Position numbers and translations under genes: made by a program. The notes under the pieces were generated by a model that saw only the letters and a list, made by a program, of their open reading frames with translations, was not told where the DNA came from and did not search any database. This document shows, one piece after another, positions 1 to 9,921 of a stretch of DNA of 64,000 nucleotides; within the stretch, counting starts at the first letter, position 1; each line of letters opens with the position of its first letter. The DNA is from Paracoccaceae bacterium. Lineage in GTDB: Bacteria; Pseudomonadota; Alphaproteobacteria; Rhodobacterales; Rhodobacteraceae. Location: the NCBI GenBank assembly GCA_964291445.2, contig OZ219862.1, positions 1,184,669-1,248,668 of the forward strand, given 5' to 3'.

Positions 1-786
1 ATCCTCGGGGTGATGGGCGAAGCCAACAAGATGACAGATGCCGAATCGGCCGAGTTTGCAACGCACGCGCTCAAGCTGGCTGCACCGCGGCTGCCGGTGG
101 TAGTCGGCGTGACCCATACGGCATTGACCGCCCTGCGGGATTTGTCGCATTCGGTCATGGATCAGGGTGCGGCAGCAGTAATGCTGCAGCCGATTGCAGG
201 GTTGAAGGGCGATGATGCGGTCTTTCGCTATTTCGAACAGGCCTTTGAGGCAATCGGCACCGGCATTCCGGTCGTCTACCAGGATTTTCCGCAGGCCAGC
301 AACGTCCACCTGTCACCCGCGGCCTGGTCACGGATGGTCAAGGCGTTTCCCGATTTGGTGATGCTCAAGCACGAGGCCTGCCCCGGCCTGCCCAAGCTCA
401 CCAGGATCCGCGAGATGGAACAGGAGGGGAAGCATCGCCGAACCAGCATCCTGGTCGGCAATAACGGTCTGTATTTTCCGCAGGAACTGCATCGTGGTGC
501 CGATGGTGCCATGACGGGTTTTGCCTTTCCGGACGTCCTGGTCAGGGTCTATGACCATTTCATGGCTGGTGCCGTCGACGAGGCGGAAGACCTGTTCGAC
601 CAGTATCTGCCGCTGATCCGCCACGAACAGCAGATCGGCTTTGGCCTGCCGATACGCAAGGAAACCCTCCGGAGGCGCGGGGCGCTGCGCCATGGCACGG
701 CCCGCAAGCCAGCCTACGGGATGACAGCAACCGATCTTGCCGAGCTTGACCTGTTGCTGGCCCGGGTCGACGGCGATGGCGGATAG
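1..786 (+). CDS. dihydrodipicolinate synthase / class I aldolase (DapA) family protein, 5' end outside window
   Basis: Frame is open from base 1 (ILGVMGEANK...). Sequence is DapA-family-like. Stop at 784-786. Confidence 0.75.
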   Translation: MLGVMGEANKMTDAESAEFATHALKLAAPRLPVVVGVTHTALTALRDLSHSVMDQGAAAVMLQPIAGLKGDDAVFRYFEQAFEAIGTGIPVVYQDFPQASNVHLSPAAWSRMVKAFPDLVMLKHEACPGLPKLTRIREMEQEGKHRRTSILVGNNGLYFPQELHRGADGAMTGFAFPDVLVRVYDHFMAGAVDEAEDLFDQYLPLIRHEQQIGFGLPIRKETLRRRGALRHGTARKPAYGMTATDLAELDLLLARVDGDGG

Positions 787-875
787 CGCCGCCGCTCCCT
801 GCCTGCCTTGATTGGCCGGCCGGCTCTGGCAAGGCCGCCGGCCCGGCAACTCCCACCATGCTTCGGGAGGCGGCG

Positions 876-2105
876 CTACCGGGCCGGCCCGATTCCGCAG
901 ATGTCGCAGATGGTCAGGAGGTAGATGCGAATCATGTCGAGATAGTCGTCGCGGTCGACCCGTTCATCCGGCATGGTGTTGTAGCGCCCGCCAGGCCCGC
1001 ACACCACGCCCTCCATTCCGCCCTCGGCATGGAGGTGGCCGGCATCGGTGCCAAAGAAACAGGGCGGAGCGATGGTTCCGGTGGGCTGCGCCACGCCGCG
1101 TATCGCCTTATAGGCAGCATTGACCGCGGTGACGATCGGGGACCGGGTCGAAACTCTGAATGCCGGCATGTTGGGCTTGTCTTCGCGGGTTTCGGACCAC
1201 ATCCGAACCGCCAGGCCCGGCCACTCGGTCGCCAGTTGATCGAGCACAGCCCGGATGTCCTGCATGGCTTGTGCCTCGGTCTGGCCCGGCCCGTAGCGAC
1301 CCGAGCCTGACAGGTGAACAAAATCCGCAACCTGCGGCGCTCGCCAGTCATGGAACTTGCGCGACAATGCGCCCCTGATCGTTCCGACATGGACCCGGTT
1401 GATTGACCGGGTCTCGTCATCCGGAGCATCGGAAAACGTCAGCTCGGTGAGACGCGGCACCAATGCACAGGCCGCACGGATCGCATCGACCGCCTCCTCG
1501 CGTTTCGACAGGTGGCGGGTGATGCCCTCAAGCTCGATGTGGAAGACGAATGCCGCGGCGTGCATGGTCAGCGCCTGCAGGTCGGTCGGCTCCGAATTGA
1601 CGAAATAATCGGCCCGGATCCCCTGCCTGACTGCGGCGAGTGTTCCGACGCCGCCCTGCAGCTCGCCCACGACATAGGTCAGGATCACGTCACCCTTGGG
1701 CTGCATGCCGGCATCCATCAACGTGCGCACGGCACAGAGCGAGGCAGCATCTCCTGCCTTCATGTTCGACACGCCGATCCCGTAGATGAAGTCGTCATCG
1801 ACCAGGCCGCCCCAGGGATCGACCGTCCATCCCTCGGTCGCCGGATTGGTATCGAGGTGGCCGTTGAACAGCAGGCTCTTGCCGCCGCCACTGCCACGCC
1901 AGATGCCGATGGCATTGACCCGGTCGCCCTCGACCGGCTGCAGGCTGGCCTCCAGCCCCATCCCGCCCATGATTTCCACCATGCGTTCGGCCAGCGCCCG
2001 CTCACCCTCGGTCTCGGAATAGCTCTTGCAACGAACCATCTCGGTCAGCGTCGCCAGGCAAGCTGCCTCGTCGATGTTGCGGGCGGCAATCAGCGGGTCT
2101 GTCAT
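876..2105 (-). CDS. M20 family metallohydrolase (ArgE/DapE/ACY1-like deacylase)
   Basis: 409-aa ORF with M20-like stretches (LLFNGHLDTNP, GIGVSNMKAG). Its ATG overlaps the upstream stop as ATGA at 2102-2105. Confidence 0.85.
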   Translation of the reverse strand: MTDPLIAARNIDEAACLATLTEMVRCKSYSETEGERALAERMVEIMGGMGLEASLQPVEGDRVNAIGIWRGSGGGKSLLFNGHLDTNPATEGWTVDPWGGLVDDDFIYGIGVSNMKAGDAASLCAVRTLMDAGMQPKGDVILTYVVGELQGGVGTLAAVRQGIRADYFVNSEPTDLQALTMHAAAFVFHIELEGITRHLSKREEAVDAIRAACALVPRLTELTFSDAPDDETRSINRVHVGTIRGALSRKFHDWRAPQVADFVHLSGSGRYGPGQTEAQAMQDIRAVLDQLATEWPGLAVRMWSETREDKPNMPAFRVSTRSPIVTAVNAAYKAIRGVAQPTGTIAPPCFFGTDAGHLHAEGGMEGVVCGPGGRYNTMPDERVDRDDYLDMIRIYLLTICDICGIGPAR

Positions 2106-3751
2106 GCGGTCATTCCTTCCTTCACGGCCTCGACCGGCACCGGGACCGCATCGAGCAGCTGCCTGGTATAGGAGTGGCGATCGGGAGCCCCGGTCTCCGA
2201 CACCTCGAACAGATCCACAAGATCGCCATGCAGCATCACCGCGATCCGGTGGGCGAGCTGGCGGACCAGGTTGAGATCATGGGTGATGAACAGGCAGGCG
2301 GTTCCGGTCTCCTGCTGCAGGCCGACCAGCAACCGGGCAACCGATGCCTGGACCGACACGTCGAGCGAGGAGGTGATTTCGTCGCAGATCACCAGCCTTG
2401 GCTCGGCGGCAAAGGCGCGGGCAATGGCCACGCGCTGTTTTTCCCCGCCGGACAATTCGTGCGGATACCGATCGGCATATTCCTCGGGCAGGAGAACGCT
2501 GCGCAGCAATTCGTCCACCCGTCGGGCTCTCTCGGACCGGGGCACGAGGTTATAGAGTTTCAGCGGACGCGAGAGGATCTTGCCGATGGTCTGGCGAGGG
2601 TTCAGCGACGCGTCCGGGTGCTGAAAGATGATTTGCACACCCCGCCGGTAGTCACGGTCGATACGGCGTCGGCCGGCATAGGATTGCGAATCGAAGGTCA
2701 CCGAGCCCGCGAAATCCTGCAACCCGGCCAGCGCCTTGGCGATCGTGGATTTGCCGGACCCGGATTCACCGACGATTCCGAGAATCTCGCCGGCCCGCAA
2801 TTCGAAAGACACGTTGCGGGCGCCCTGGACCAGTTCCCGCTTCGGTTGCAGGAACCCAAACACGTTGCTGCCCTTGCCATAGGTGACGCTGACCCCGCCG
2901 AGCGCCAGCAGCTCCTCCTCTGTCCTCGGCCGGCCGGTCACGATGCGGTGATCGGGATGCGGGACCGCGGCAACGAGATCCCGGGTATAGCTGTCCTCCG
3001 GCTGGCCAAATACCTGCTCGCAGGGACCGAATTCGACGACCCTGCCCCGGTTGATCACCGCCACCTCCTGGGCAATGCGCGAGACCAGGCCCAAATCATG
3101 CGAGATATAGAGGGCGGTCACGCCGGTTTCGTCGTGGAGATCGTCAAAGAGTTCGAGGATTTGCCGGGCGGTGATGACATCCAGCGCCGTTGTCGGCTCG
3201 TCAAAGATGATCATCTCGGGATTGCAGGCAAAGGCGGTGGCAATCACCACCCGCTGCTTTTCGCCCCCGGACGCCTCGTGCGGGTAGCGGTTCATCATGT
3301 CGGATGGCCGGCTGATGCCGGTTCTTGCCAACCAGGCCTCGCCCGCCTCCCGGGCCTCCTTCGGCGACAGCGACCGGTGCCTGACCAGGACCTCGGCAAC
3401 CTGGTCGCCAAGGCGCAGCACCGGGTTCAGCGACGTGCCCGGATCCTGGAACACCATGCTGATCCTCCGGCCACGCAAATCCTGGATCTCGTCAAGCGAC
3501 TTTGTCAGCAGGTCCTCGCCGGCAAGCCGGATCTCGCCCGACCGCTCGATCGCATTGACCGGCAGGTAGCGCATGATTGCCCAGGCCAGAGATGTCTTGC
3601 CGGAGCCGGATTCACCGACCAGGCCCAGCGTCCGCCCGGGCTGGATCGACAGGGTGACGCCGGAAAGGGCCTCGACCGGGCCAGCCGCGGCGCCATAGGC
3701 AAGCGAGTAGTCCCGGATATCGAGCACCGGCTGGCGATTTCCGTTCATCAT
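2102..3751 (-). CDS. Dpp/Opp-type ABC transporter ATP-binding protein with two fused ATPase domains
   Basis: Two Walker A motifs (GESGSGKTS, GESGSGKST) and two LSGGE(K)QRV signatures. Start moved to the ATG at 3751, which forms an ATGA overlap with the upstream permease stop. The longer track ORF has an Arg-rich, junk-like N-terminus. Confidence 0.9.
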   Translation of the reverse strand: MMNGNRQPVLDIRDYSLAYGAAAGPVEALSGVTLSIQPGRTLGLVGESGSGKTSLAWAIMRYLPVNAIERSGEIRLAGEDLLTKSLDEIQDLRGRRISMVFQDPGTSLNPVLRLGDQVAEVLVRHRSLSPKEAREAGEAWLARTGISRPSDMMNRYPHEASGGEKQRVVIATAFACNPEMIIFDEPTTALDVITARQILELFDDLHDETGVTALYISHDLGLVSRIAQEVAVINRGRVVEFGPCEQVFGQPEDSYTRDLVAAVPHPDHRIVTGRPRTEEELLALGGVSVTYGKGSNVFGFLQPKRELVQGARNVSFELRAGEILGIVGESGSGKSTIAKALAGLQDFAGSVTFDSQSYAGRRRIDRDYRRGVQIIFQHPDASLNPRQTIGKILSRPLKLYNLVPRSERARRVDELLRSVLLPEEYADRYPHELSGGEKQRVAIARAFAAEPRLVICDEITSSLDVSVQASVARLLVGLQQETGTACLFITHDLNLVRQLAHRIAVMLHGDLVDLFEVSETGAPDRHSYTRQLLDAVPVPVEAVKEGMTA

Positions 3752-4569
3752 GACCGCCGGCTCCGCGGATCGAACATGTCGCGCAATGCATCGCCGAAAA
3801 GGTTGAAGCCGAGTGCGGCGACGGCGATGGCAATCCCCGGCACCGCGACCACCCAGGGCGAGCGGTACATGTATTGCCGTGCTTCGGCGACCATCAACCC
3901 CCACTCGGTGCTTGGTGGCTGGGCACCAAGGCCAAGGAAGCCGAGCGTTGCGCCGATCATGATCGCGAACGAGACGCGGATTGTCGCCTCGACGATGATC
4001 GGACCGATGGCATTGGGTATGACTTCGTGGAAAATGATATAGGCTTGGCTCTCATCGCGGGCGATGGCGGCCAGGATGTATTCCCTGGTCCTGATCGACA
4101 GCACCGAGGAGCGGGCAATGCGCGCCATTCCGGGGGTGAATGCCACCGACACCGCCAGCATGGCTTCGCCGATGCCGCCGCCGAGAATGGTGACGATCAG
4201 CAGCGTGAACAGCAGATCCGGAACCGCCAGCAGCCCGTCAAGCGTACGCATGATCACGCTGTCGACCCAGCCCCCGGCCACGGCCGCCGTGACCCCGATG
4301 ATGGAACCGGCCAGCACGCCGAGAGCGGTGGCGCCAACGCCGAACAGGATTGTCGGGCCGGCACCGGTCAGCAGGCGTGACAGGATGTCGCGGCCGAACT
4401 GGTCGGTGCCCAGCCAGTGTGCCATCGAGGGACCGGTCAGGCGCACCGCCGGGTGAAAAGCCTGCGGATCATAGGGCGCCACCAGCGGCCCCAGCACGAC
4501 CGCCAGGGCAATGATCGTCAGCAGTACCGTCCCGACCAGGCCAGTGGGATGCCGAACGAGTTCATTCAT
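3748..4569 (-). CDS. ABC transporter permease (DppC/OppC-like)
   Basis: Multi-TM ORF typical of the binding-protein-dependent permease family. ATG at 4569 gives an 8-nt overlap with the upstream permease; the codon at 4596 is TTG. Confidence 0.85.
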   Translation of the reverse strand: MNELVRHPTGLVGTVLLTIIALAVVLGPLVAPYDPQAFHPAVRLTGPSMAHWLGTDQFGRDILSRLLTGAGPTILFGVGATALGVLAGSIIGVTAAVAGGWVDSVIMRTLDGLLAVPDLLFTLLIVTILGGGIGEAMLAVSVAFTPGMARIARSSVLSIRTREYILAAIARDESQAYIIFHEVIPNAIGPIIVEATIRVSFAIMIGATLGFLGLGAQPPSTEWGLMVAEARQYMYRSPWVVAVPGIAIAVAALGFNLFGDALRDMFDPRSRRS

Positions 4570-5512
4570 ACCGCACCCGCGGGTCAAGCGCCGCAATCAC
4601 CAGATCCGACAACAGGTTCGACAATGCGTAGACCATGGCCAGCAGGAGGGTAATGGCCTGGATCACCGGCAGGTCACGGTTCTCAAGGGCGAGGATCAAC
4701 AATCGGCCCAACCCCGGCCAGGCAAAGATCTCCTCGACCACGATGATGCCACCCAGGAGATAGCCGATATCAAGTGAAATCACCGCCACTGCCGGTGCAA
4801 GCGAATTCGGCAGTGCATGGCCGCGCATGACCCGCCGCTCACGCAGCCCCTTGAGCCGGGCGGCCCGGATGTAGTCGCTCGCCAACACATCGGACATCTC
4901 GGAGCGAACCTGGCGGGCAATATGTGCGGTCAGGATCAGACCCAGGGCGCTGGCCGGCAGGATCACGTGGTTGAAAAAGCCGGACACGCTCTCGCCTGGC
5001 GGGATGAAGCCTCCCGCCGGCAGCAGCGGATTGCCCGGCGCGGCGAAGATCACCAGGAGCAGCGTCGCGGTCACGAATTCCGGCATGGCGGTGCCGATAT
5101 AGGCGACCAGGCTGATTCCGAGATCGGCCCTGGTGCCCCGCTTGATCGCCGCCAGCATCCCGACCGGTACCGCAACCACAGTCACCGTCACCAGAGCTGT
5201 CACCGCCAGCAATGCCGAGTTCCTGAAGGCCGATCCGACGACCTCGGCCACCGGAAGTGACAGCCGCAGGGACATTCCGAAATCCCCCTGCAGCAGGTTG
5301 AACAACCACTCGAAATACTGAATGGCTGCCGGGCGGTTGAGGCCCAGCCTTTCCTCCATCGCCGCCACCTGATCCGGGGTGGCATATTCGCCGAGGATCA
5401 TGATGGCGGCATTGCCAGGCAGAATCATGGTGATCGCGAAAACCGCGATGGTCACGATCCACAATACCAGCACCACCGCCAGCAGGCGGCGCAGCAGGTA
5501 GGCTGGGCTCAA
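4562..5512 (-). CDS. ABC transporter permease (DppB/OppB-like)
   Basis: 316-aa multi-TM ORF with a (M)SPAYLLRRLL N-terminus typical of DppB-type permeases. The apparent start is TTG at 5512, three nt after the SBP stop. Confidence 0.85.
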   Translation of the reverse strand: MSPAYLLRRLLAVVLVLWIVTIAVFAITMILPGNAAIMILGEYATPDQVAAMEERLGLNRPAAIQYFEWLFNLLQGDFGMSLRLSLPVAEVVGSAFRNSALLAVTALVTVTVVAVPVGMLAAIKRGTRADLGISLVAYIGTAMPEFVTATLLLVIFAAPGNPLLPAGGFIPPGESVSGFFNHVILPASALGLILTAHIARQVRSEMSDVLASDYIRAARLKGLRERRVMRGHALPNSLAPAVAVISLDIGYLLGGIIVVEEIFAWPGLGRLLILALENRDLPVIQAITLLLAMVYALSNLLSDLVIAALDPRVRYE

Positions 5513-5515
5513 TCG

Positions 5516-7060
5516 TCAGCTCCTGTCGAGCCAGACATCTTCCACGAAGAACACCCGGTTGAGCGGGTGGACGGTCCAGCCCTCGACCCAGTCGCGGCTG
5601 GCGGTCAGCACGTCCTGGTACATGGCGATGATATAGGGCGTGTCACGCAGTTGGATTTCCTGCGCTTCCGCATAGATCGCCGCCCTCTCGGCAGGATCGG
5701 CGGTTGACCGGCCCCGTCGCACCAACTCGTCGAACTCCTCGTTGAACCAGGCAGTGTCCTCGTAGGATGCCGTCGAGGTCAGGAGCAGGTTGAAGGTTGC
5801 ATCCTCGGTCGGCTGCATTCCCCAATAGGCCATGTAGAAATTGCCCTTGCGCCAGAAATTGGCCAGGTAGGTATCATGCGGCATGGCCTCGACCTTGATG
5901 TCGAAACCGGCTGGCCGCGCCATTTCCTTGATGGCGATTGCCACCTGCCCGCGGATCGCCGGCCGGTTGGACGCCACCATGGTCAGGCTGATGCCATCCG
6001 GATATCCCGCCTCGGCCAGCATCGCCTTTGCCGCCGCCGGGTCATAGGGAATGACCGGGGTATCAATGGCATACTGGAATTCCGGCGACAGGATGTTGTC
6101 ATAGGCCGGGCGGCCAAGCCCCTCCAGCACCAGGTCGACAAGCAGCTGCCGGTCAACCGACAATGCCAGCGCCTTCCTGACGCGAACATCGTCGAATGGC
6201 GGCTGATCCTGGCGCATGACCACGTTGACGTATCGACCGGCAGGAACCCGCAGTGCATTGCTGCCCTCGGCGGCGGCGATGCGGGCGAAATCCGCCTGCT
6301 GGACATTGAGCATCACATCGACATTGCCTGACAGGTAGTTCGCGGTTTCCGCCGCCAGGTCGGGGAACAGGTGCATTTCGACCGCGTCGAGATATGGCTG
6401 CCCTTCCTTGTAGTAGCTGTCGTTGCGAACCAGCCTGGTGATCCTGGCCGAATCGTAGCTTTCCAGCTTGAACGGACCGGTGCCGTTGGGCTTGGTCTCG
6501 AGTTCGGCCCGATCGCCGGCAAGCGCTGCCGCCGACACGATCCGCGCATTGGCATGGGCGGTGGCAATGGCCAGATCGGCATAGGGGGCGTTGAGGTTGA
6601 CCTGGACCGTATGGTCGTCGACCGCGACCACCGAATCGATCACGTCAAGCACCGACCGGGCAGGAGAGCCGAAATCCGGATCAAGGATTGCCTCTAAGGT
6701 CGCGACCACGTCGGCCGACGTGAAAGGCGAGCCGTCATGATAGGTCACGCCCTGGCGAAGGTGGAAGGTGAACTGGGTGGCGTCGTCATTGGCCTCCCAG
6801 CTGGTTGCCAGGTCGGGGCCCGCCGAGTTCCGGCCGGGCTCGATCCGGGTCAGCCCGGAATAGATCATGTCCACGCAGGGATACTCGGCCGGTCCCGACA
6901 GCTGCAGGACATTCAGCGTGGCAATCCGGGTCGAATGGCTGATTTTCAGCGTGCCGCCGTTTTTTGGCGTCCCCGATTGCGCGAAGCCGAGCGACGGCAC
7001 CGCCGATGCCGCGGCCAGCCCGATCACCACCTGCCGGCGGCTTGCTACTGGATATTTCAT
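5516..7060 (-). CDS. ABC transporter substrate-binding protein, family 5 (peptide/nickel type)
   Basis: 514 aa with an N-terminal signal peptide and family-5 SBP-like sequence. Strong SD (AAGGAGGAG) upstream of the ATG at 7060. Confidence 0.9.
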   Translation of the reverse strand: MKYPVASRRQVVIGLAAASAVPSLGFAQSGTPKNGGTLKISHSTRIATLNVLQLSGPAEYPCVDMIYSGLTRIEPGRNSAGPDLATSWEANDDATQFTFHLRQGVTYHDGSPFTSADVVATLEAILDPDFGSPARSVLDVIDSVVAVDDHTVQVNLNAPYADLAIATAHANARIVSAAALAGDRAELETKPNGTGPFKLESYDSARITRLVRNDSYYKEGQPYLDAVEMHLFPDLAAETANYLSGNVDVMLNVQQADFARIAAAEGSNALRVPAGRYVNVVMRQDQPPFDDVRVRKALALSVDRQLLVDLVLEGLGRPAYDNILSPEFQYAIDTPVIPYDPAAAKAMLAEAGYPDGISLTMVASNRPAIRGQVAIAIKEMARPAGFDIKVEAMPHDTYLANFWRKGNFYMAYWGMQPTEDATFNLLLTSTASYEDTAWFNEEFDELVRRGRSTADPAERAAIYAEAQEIQLRDTPYIIAMYQDVLTASRDWVEGWTVHPLNRVFFVEDVWLDRS

Positions 7061-7099
7061 ATCGATTCTCCTCCTTGTCGACTCGCGGCTCCTGCCGCT

Positions 7100-8317
7100 T
7101 CAGTCAATGACGGTCAACTCATCCGGCAACCCGGTCAGAACCTCGGGTGCATCCCCGGTTACCAGGAGGGTATGACCAACTCCCATTCCAAACCCGGTAT
7201 CCGAATCGCCGATCATCACATGGTAGAACAGCGTCATGCCGGGCTCGCAGACCGTCGGATTGCCCGGATAGATCATCGGTGGCACATCCATACTGGTCGG
7301 CGAAAAGGTGCAACCGACCGAATAGCCGGTTGCCCCGTAACGATGCTTCGAATAGCCGCCGGAATCAAGGCCCTTGGCATGGGCCTCGAAAATCTCGCCC
7401 AGCGTGCATCCTGGCCGGGCGATCTCGGTCATCCGCTCCAGGGTTGCCCGTGCCGTCTCGTACATGTGCAACTGTCTTGGATCGGGCCTGCCGAACAGGA
7501 TCGTCCATTCGGTCTTCACGTTGTAGCGGCGATAGGCGACCGGGTATTCGACGAGCAACTGGTCCTGGGCCTCGATCCGGCGCGGCTCCGACACGCCGCG
7601 GCCATAGGTGGCTCGTATGCCGGAATTGAACAGCGGTGCGTTCGGCGGCATGTCGGCGCCGTCGCATAATATCGACCGCAGATACTCCGCCTTGATCTCG
7701 GAATCGAGGATCCCGGGACGGGCAACGGCGATCACGGCCGACAGGGACCGGTCGAGGATCTCGGCGGCCTTGCGGGTATAGTCGATCTCGGCCGGTGATT
7801 TGACCAGGCGCAGCCTCCGCACGAGGTGATCGTCATTCTCCAGGCTGCAGAAACCGGCAAGGGCCCCCTGGACCCGCCACAAGTTCCAGCCGGTCAGGCC
7901 ATGGGTGTTGAGTTCCACGGCGACCTTCTTGCCGGCAAGGCCAAGCTCTTCGAGGATCCCCCGCAGATCGACCGCAGGGTCGGCTTCCTCCGAATCCCAC
8001 CAGATGCGGATGTCCTCGATGGTACTGGTCACCCTGGCCTGGACCAGATCGGGCCGCCGGGTCAGCAGGATGATCGGATCCTCGTCAGCGGTGATGACGG
8101 CGCACTGGAAGAAGACAAACCCGCCGGTATCGTATCCGGTAAGCCAGTAGTGACTCTCCTGGGCAAAAATCAGCATCGCGTCGAGGCCGGCTGCCCGCAA
8201 TTCACGGCGCAGGCGGGCCTGTCGGTCCAGATGCTCCTCCCGGGAAAAAGGCAATGCAGACCCCGGTTCAAATGCCATGTTCAATCCTGTCAGTCCGGTA
8301 GCCGGACTTTCCCCCAT
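7100..8317 (-). CDS. M24 family metallopeptidase (Xaa-Pro peptidase / creatinase-like)
   Basis: 405-aa ORF with a creatinase-like N-domain and a pita-bread C-domain. An alternative ATG at 8278 has an AGGA SD. Confidence 0.8.
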   Translation of the reverse strand: MGESPATGLTGLNMAFEPGSALPFSREEHLDRQARLRRELRAAGLDAMLIFAQESHYWLTGYDTGGFVFFQCAVITADEDPIILLTRRPDLVQARVTSTIEDIRIWWDSEEADPAVDLRGILEELGLAGKKVAVELNTHGLTGWNLWRVQGALAGFCSLENDDHLVRRLRLVKSPAEIDYTRKAAEILDRSLSAVIAVARPGILDSEIKAEYLRSILCDGADMPPNAPLFNSGIRATYGRGVSEPRRIEAQDQLLVEYPVAYRRYNVKTEWTILFGRPDPRQLHMYETARATLERMTEIARPGCTLGEIFEAHAKGLDSGGYSKHRYGATGYSVGCTFSPTSMDVPPMIYPGNPTVCEPGMTLFYHVMIGDSDTGFGMGVGHTLLVTGDAPEVLTGLPDELTVID

Positions 8318-8644
8318 TTCACCGATCAGGTTATAGTCGGGTTTGGATCAGGTCAGCCAGCACGATCCTGGCAGTCTCGCATGGCCACTGATCACATCAC
8401 AATGTGGCAGATGTCCGGAATGGATACAAGAACACAGGAATTCAGACCATTCCCGCCGCCTCATGGCCCATACCGCCACCGGCCGGGATTGCCCCTGCCC
8501 GGATGGTATCCGGCAACACCTCGCAGCCTGGGCCGGCACCACCGGCATGTGGTCGCTGGAATGCCGGGCGCATCCGAAGTTCTGCCGAATTCCACGGATA
8601 CCGACTGCCGCCCGACCGCCATCCTCGCAACCGGGGTCCCGGCC

Positions 8645-9921
8645 ATGACCCCCGGCGGTGGCATGCCAACTCCCGACATTGAACTGGCTGGGCGGCTGTT
8701 CGACGAGCTTGCCGCGCGAACCGGAGACGGGGACGGCATCACTCGCCAATCCTATGGCATCGGGGAGCAGATCGGCCATGACCTTCTTCGCCGCCAGGGT
8801 GAGCGGCTGGGCCTCCGGATCGAAACCGATGCGGCATGCAATCTCTACCTGACCCTGGCCGGCAGAGATGCCGGCAAGCGCATCATCATCGGCTCGCATC
8901 TCGATTCCGTCCCACGGGGAGGCAATTTTGACGGTGCGGCCGGCGTTCTGTGTGGATTGTCCATCATCGCCGGGCTGGCCGCCGCCGGCACTCGAGCCCC
9001 ATGCGACATCACGGTGATGGCCATACGTGCCGAGGAAAGCACGTGGTTTCCGGCCTCCTATATCGGCAGCCGGGCCGCATTCGGCCAGTTGGCAGGACAC
9101 GAGTTGACCGGGGTCCGGCGCAATTCGGACGGGATAACACTGGGTGAAGCCATCACCGCCGCCGGGGGCGATACCGGCCGGCTCTCCCGGGGTGAGGCCT
9201 GGCTTGAGCCCAGCAATATCCGGATGTTCATCGAGCCCCATATCGAGCAAGGTCCGTGCCTGTTCTCGGAAGGCGCGTACCAATCGGCATCGTGACCGGC
9301 ATCCGCGGGTCATTCAGGCACAGATCGGCACGCTGCCTCGGCAGCTATTCGCATTCGGGGGCGACGCCGCGCCGGCTGCGCCGCGACGCGGTAGCCGCAA
9401 CAGCGGAGTTGGTCATGGCCGCGAACCGGCTCTGGCGCAAATCGGAGCAGGATGGCGATGACCTGTCGATCACCTTCGGCAAGTTCGTGACCGACCCGGC
9501 CGAACACGCCTTCAGCAAGATTGCCGGCCAGGTGGATTTCGCCCTCGATGTCAGGAGCCAGTCCACTCGCATACTCGACCGGGTTGCCGGCGACCTTGCC
9601 GGCCTGGTCGACCAAATCGCCCGCCGGCACTCGGTACAGTTCGACCTCGGACCCAGGACCGGAAGCCGCCCGGCCTTGATGGACAAGGGCACGATTGCCT
9701 GCCTCCATGCGGCCTGCGGGGCCGAGGCAGCGCCAGCCATCACCATGCCGAGCGGGGCCGGGCATGACGCGGCAATCTTTGCCGCCAGGGGGGTCCCGAC
9801 CGGGATGTTGTTCATCCGCAACCGGAACGGCAGCCACAATCCACAGGAATCGATGGAGCTGGACGATTTCGCAGTCGCAGCGCAGATACTGATGCGTGTC
9901 TGCCTGGAGCCACCGTCATGA
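8645..9921 (+). pseudogene. N-carbamoyl-L-amino-acid hydrolase / allantoate amidohydrolase family (M20) gene interrupted by a frameshift near 9255-9265
   Basis: The N-terminal 210 aa (ATG 8645; ...IIIGSHLDSVPRGGNFDGAAG...HIEQGP) lie in one frame and end at 9295. The continuation (VPIGIVTGIRG...SGAGHDA...RNGSHNP) is in the next frame up to 9921. The two parts together give a normal family length of about 425 aa. Confidence 0.75.

Noticed and set aside
2174-4042. Very long ORFs antisense to, or out of frame with, well-supported genes. Examples: 2174-4042 (+), 9345-10865 (-), 25573-27615 (-), 38878-40152 (+), 47332-48393 (+), 49099-50220 (+), 57063-58463 (+).
   Set aside because: Their translations are Arg/Pro/Gly/His-rich with no motifs, and they fully overlap genes with strong family signatures. 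This is the expected stop-codon-poor shadow-ORF artefact of high-GC DNA.
8318-8644. Small ORFs (8343-8648 and 8404-8682, among others) in the 327-bp divergent intergenic region between the M24 peptidase and the amidohydrolase genes.
   Set aside because: The translations are junk-like, with no SD or start context. The region is better read as a shared promoter region.
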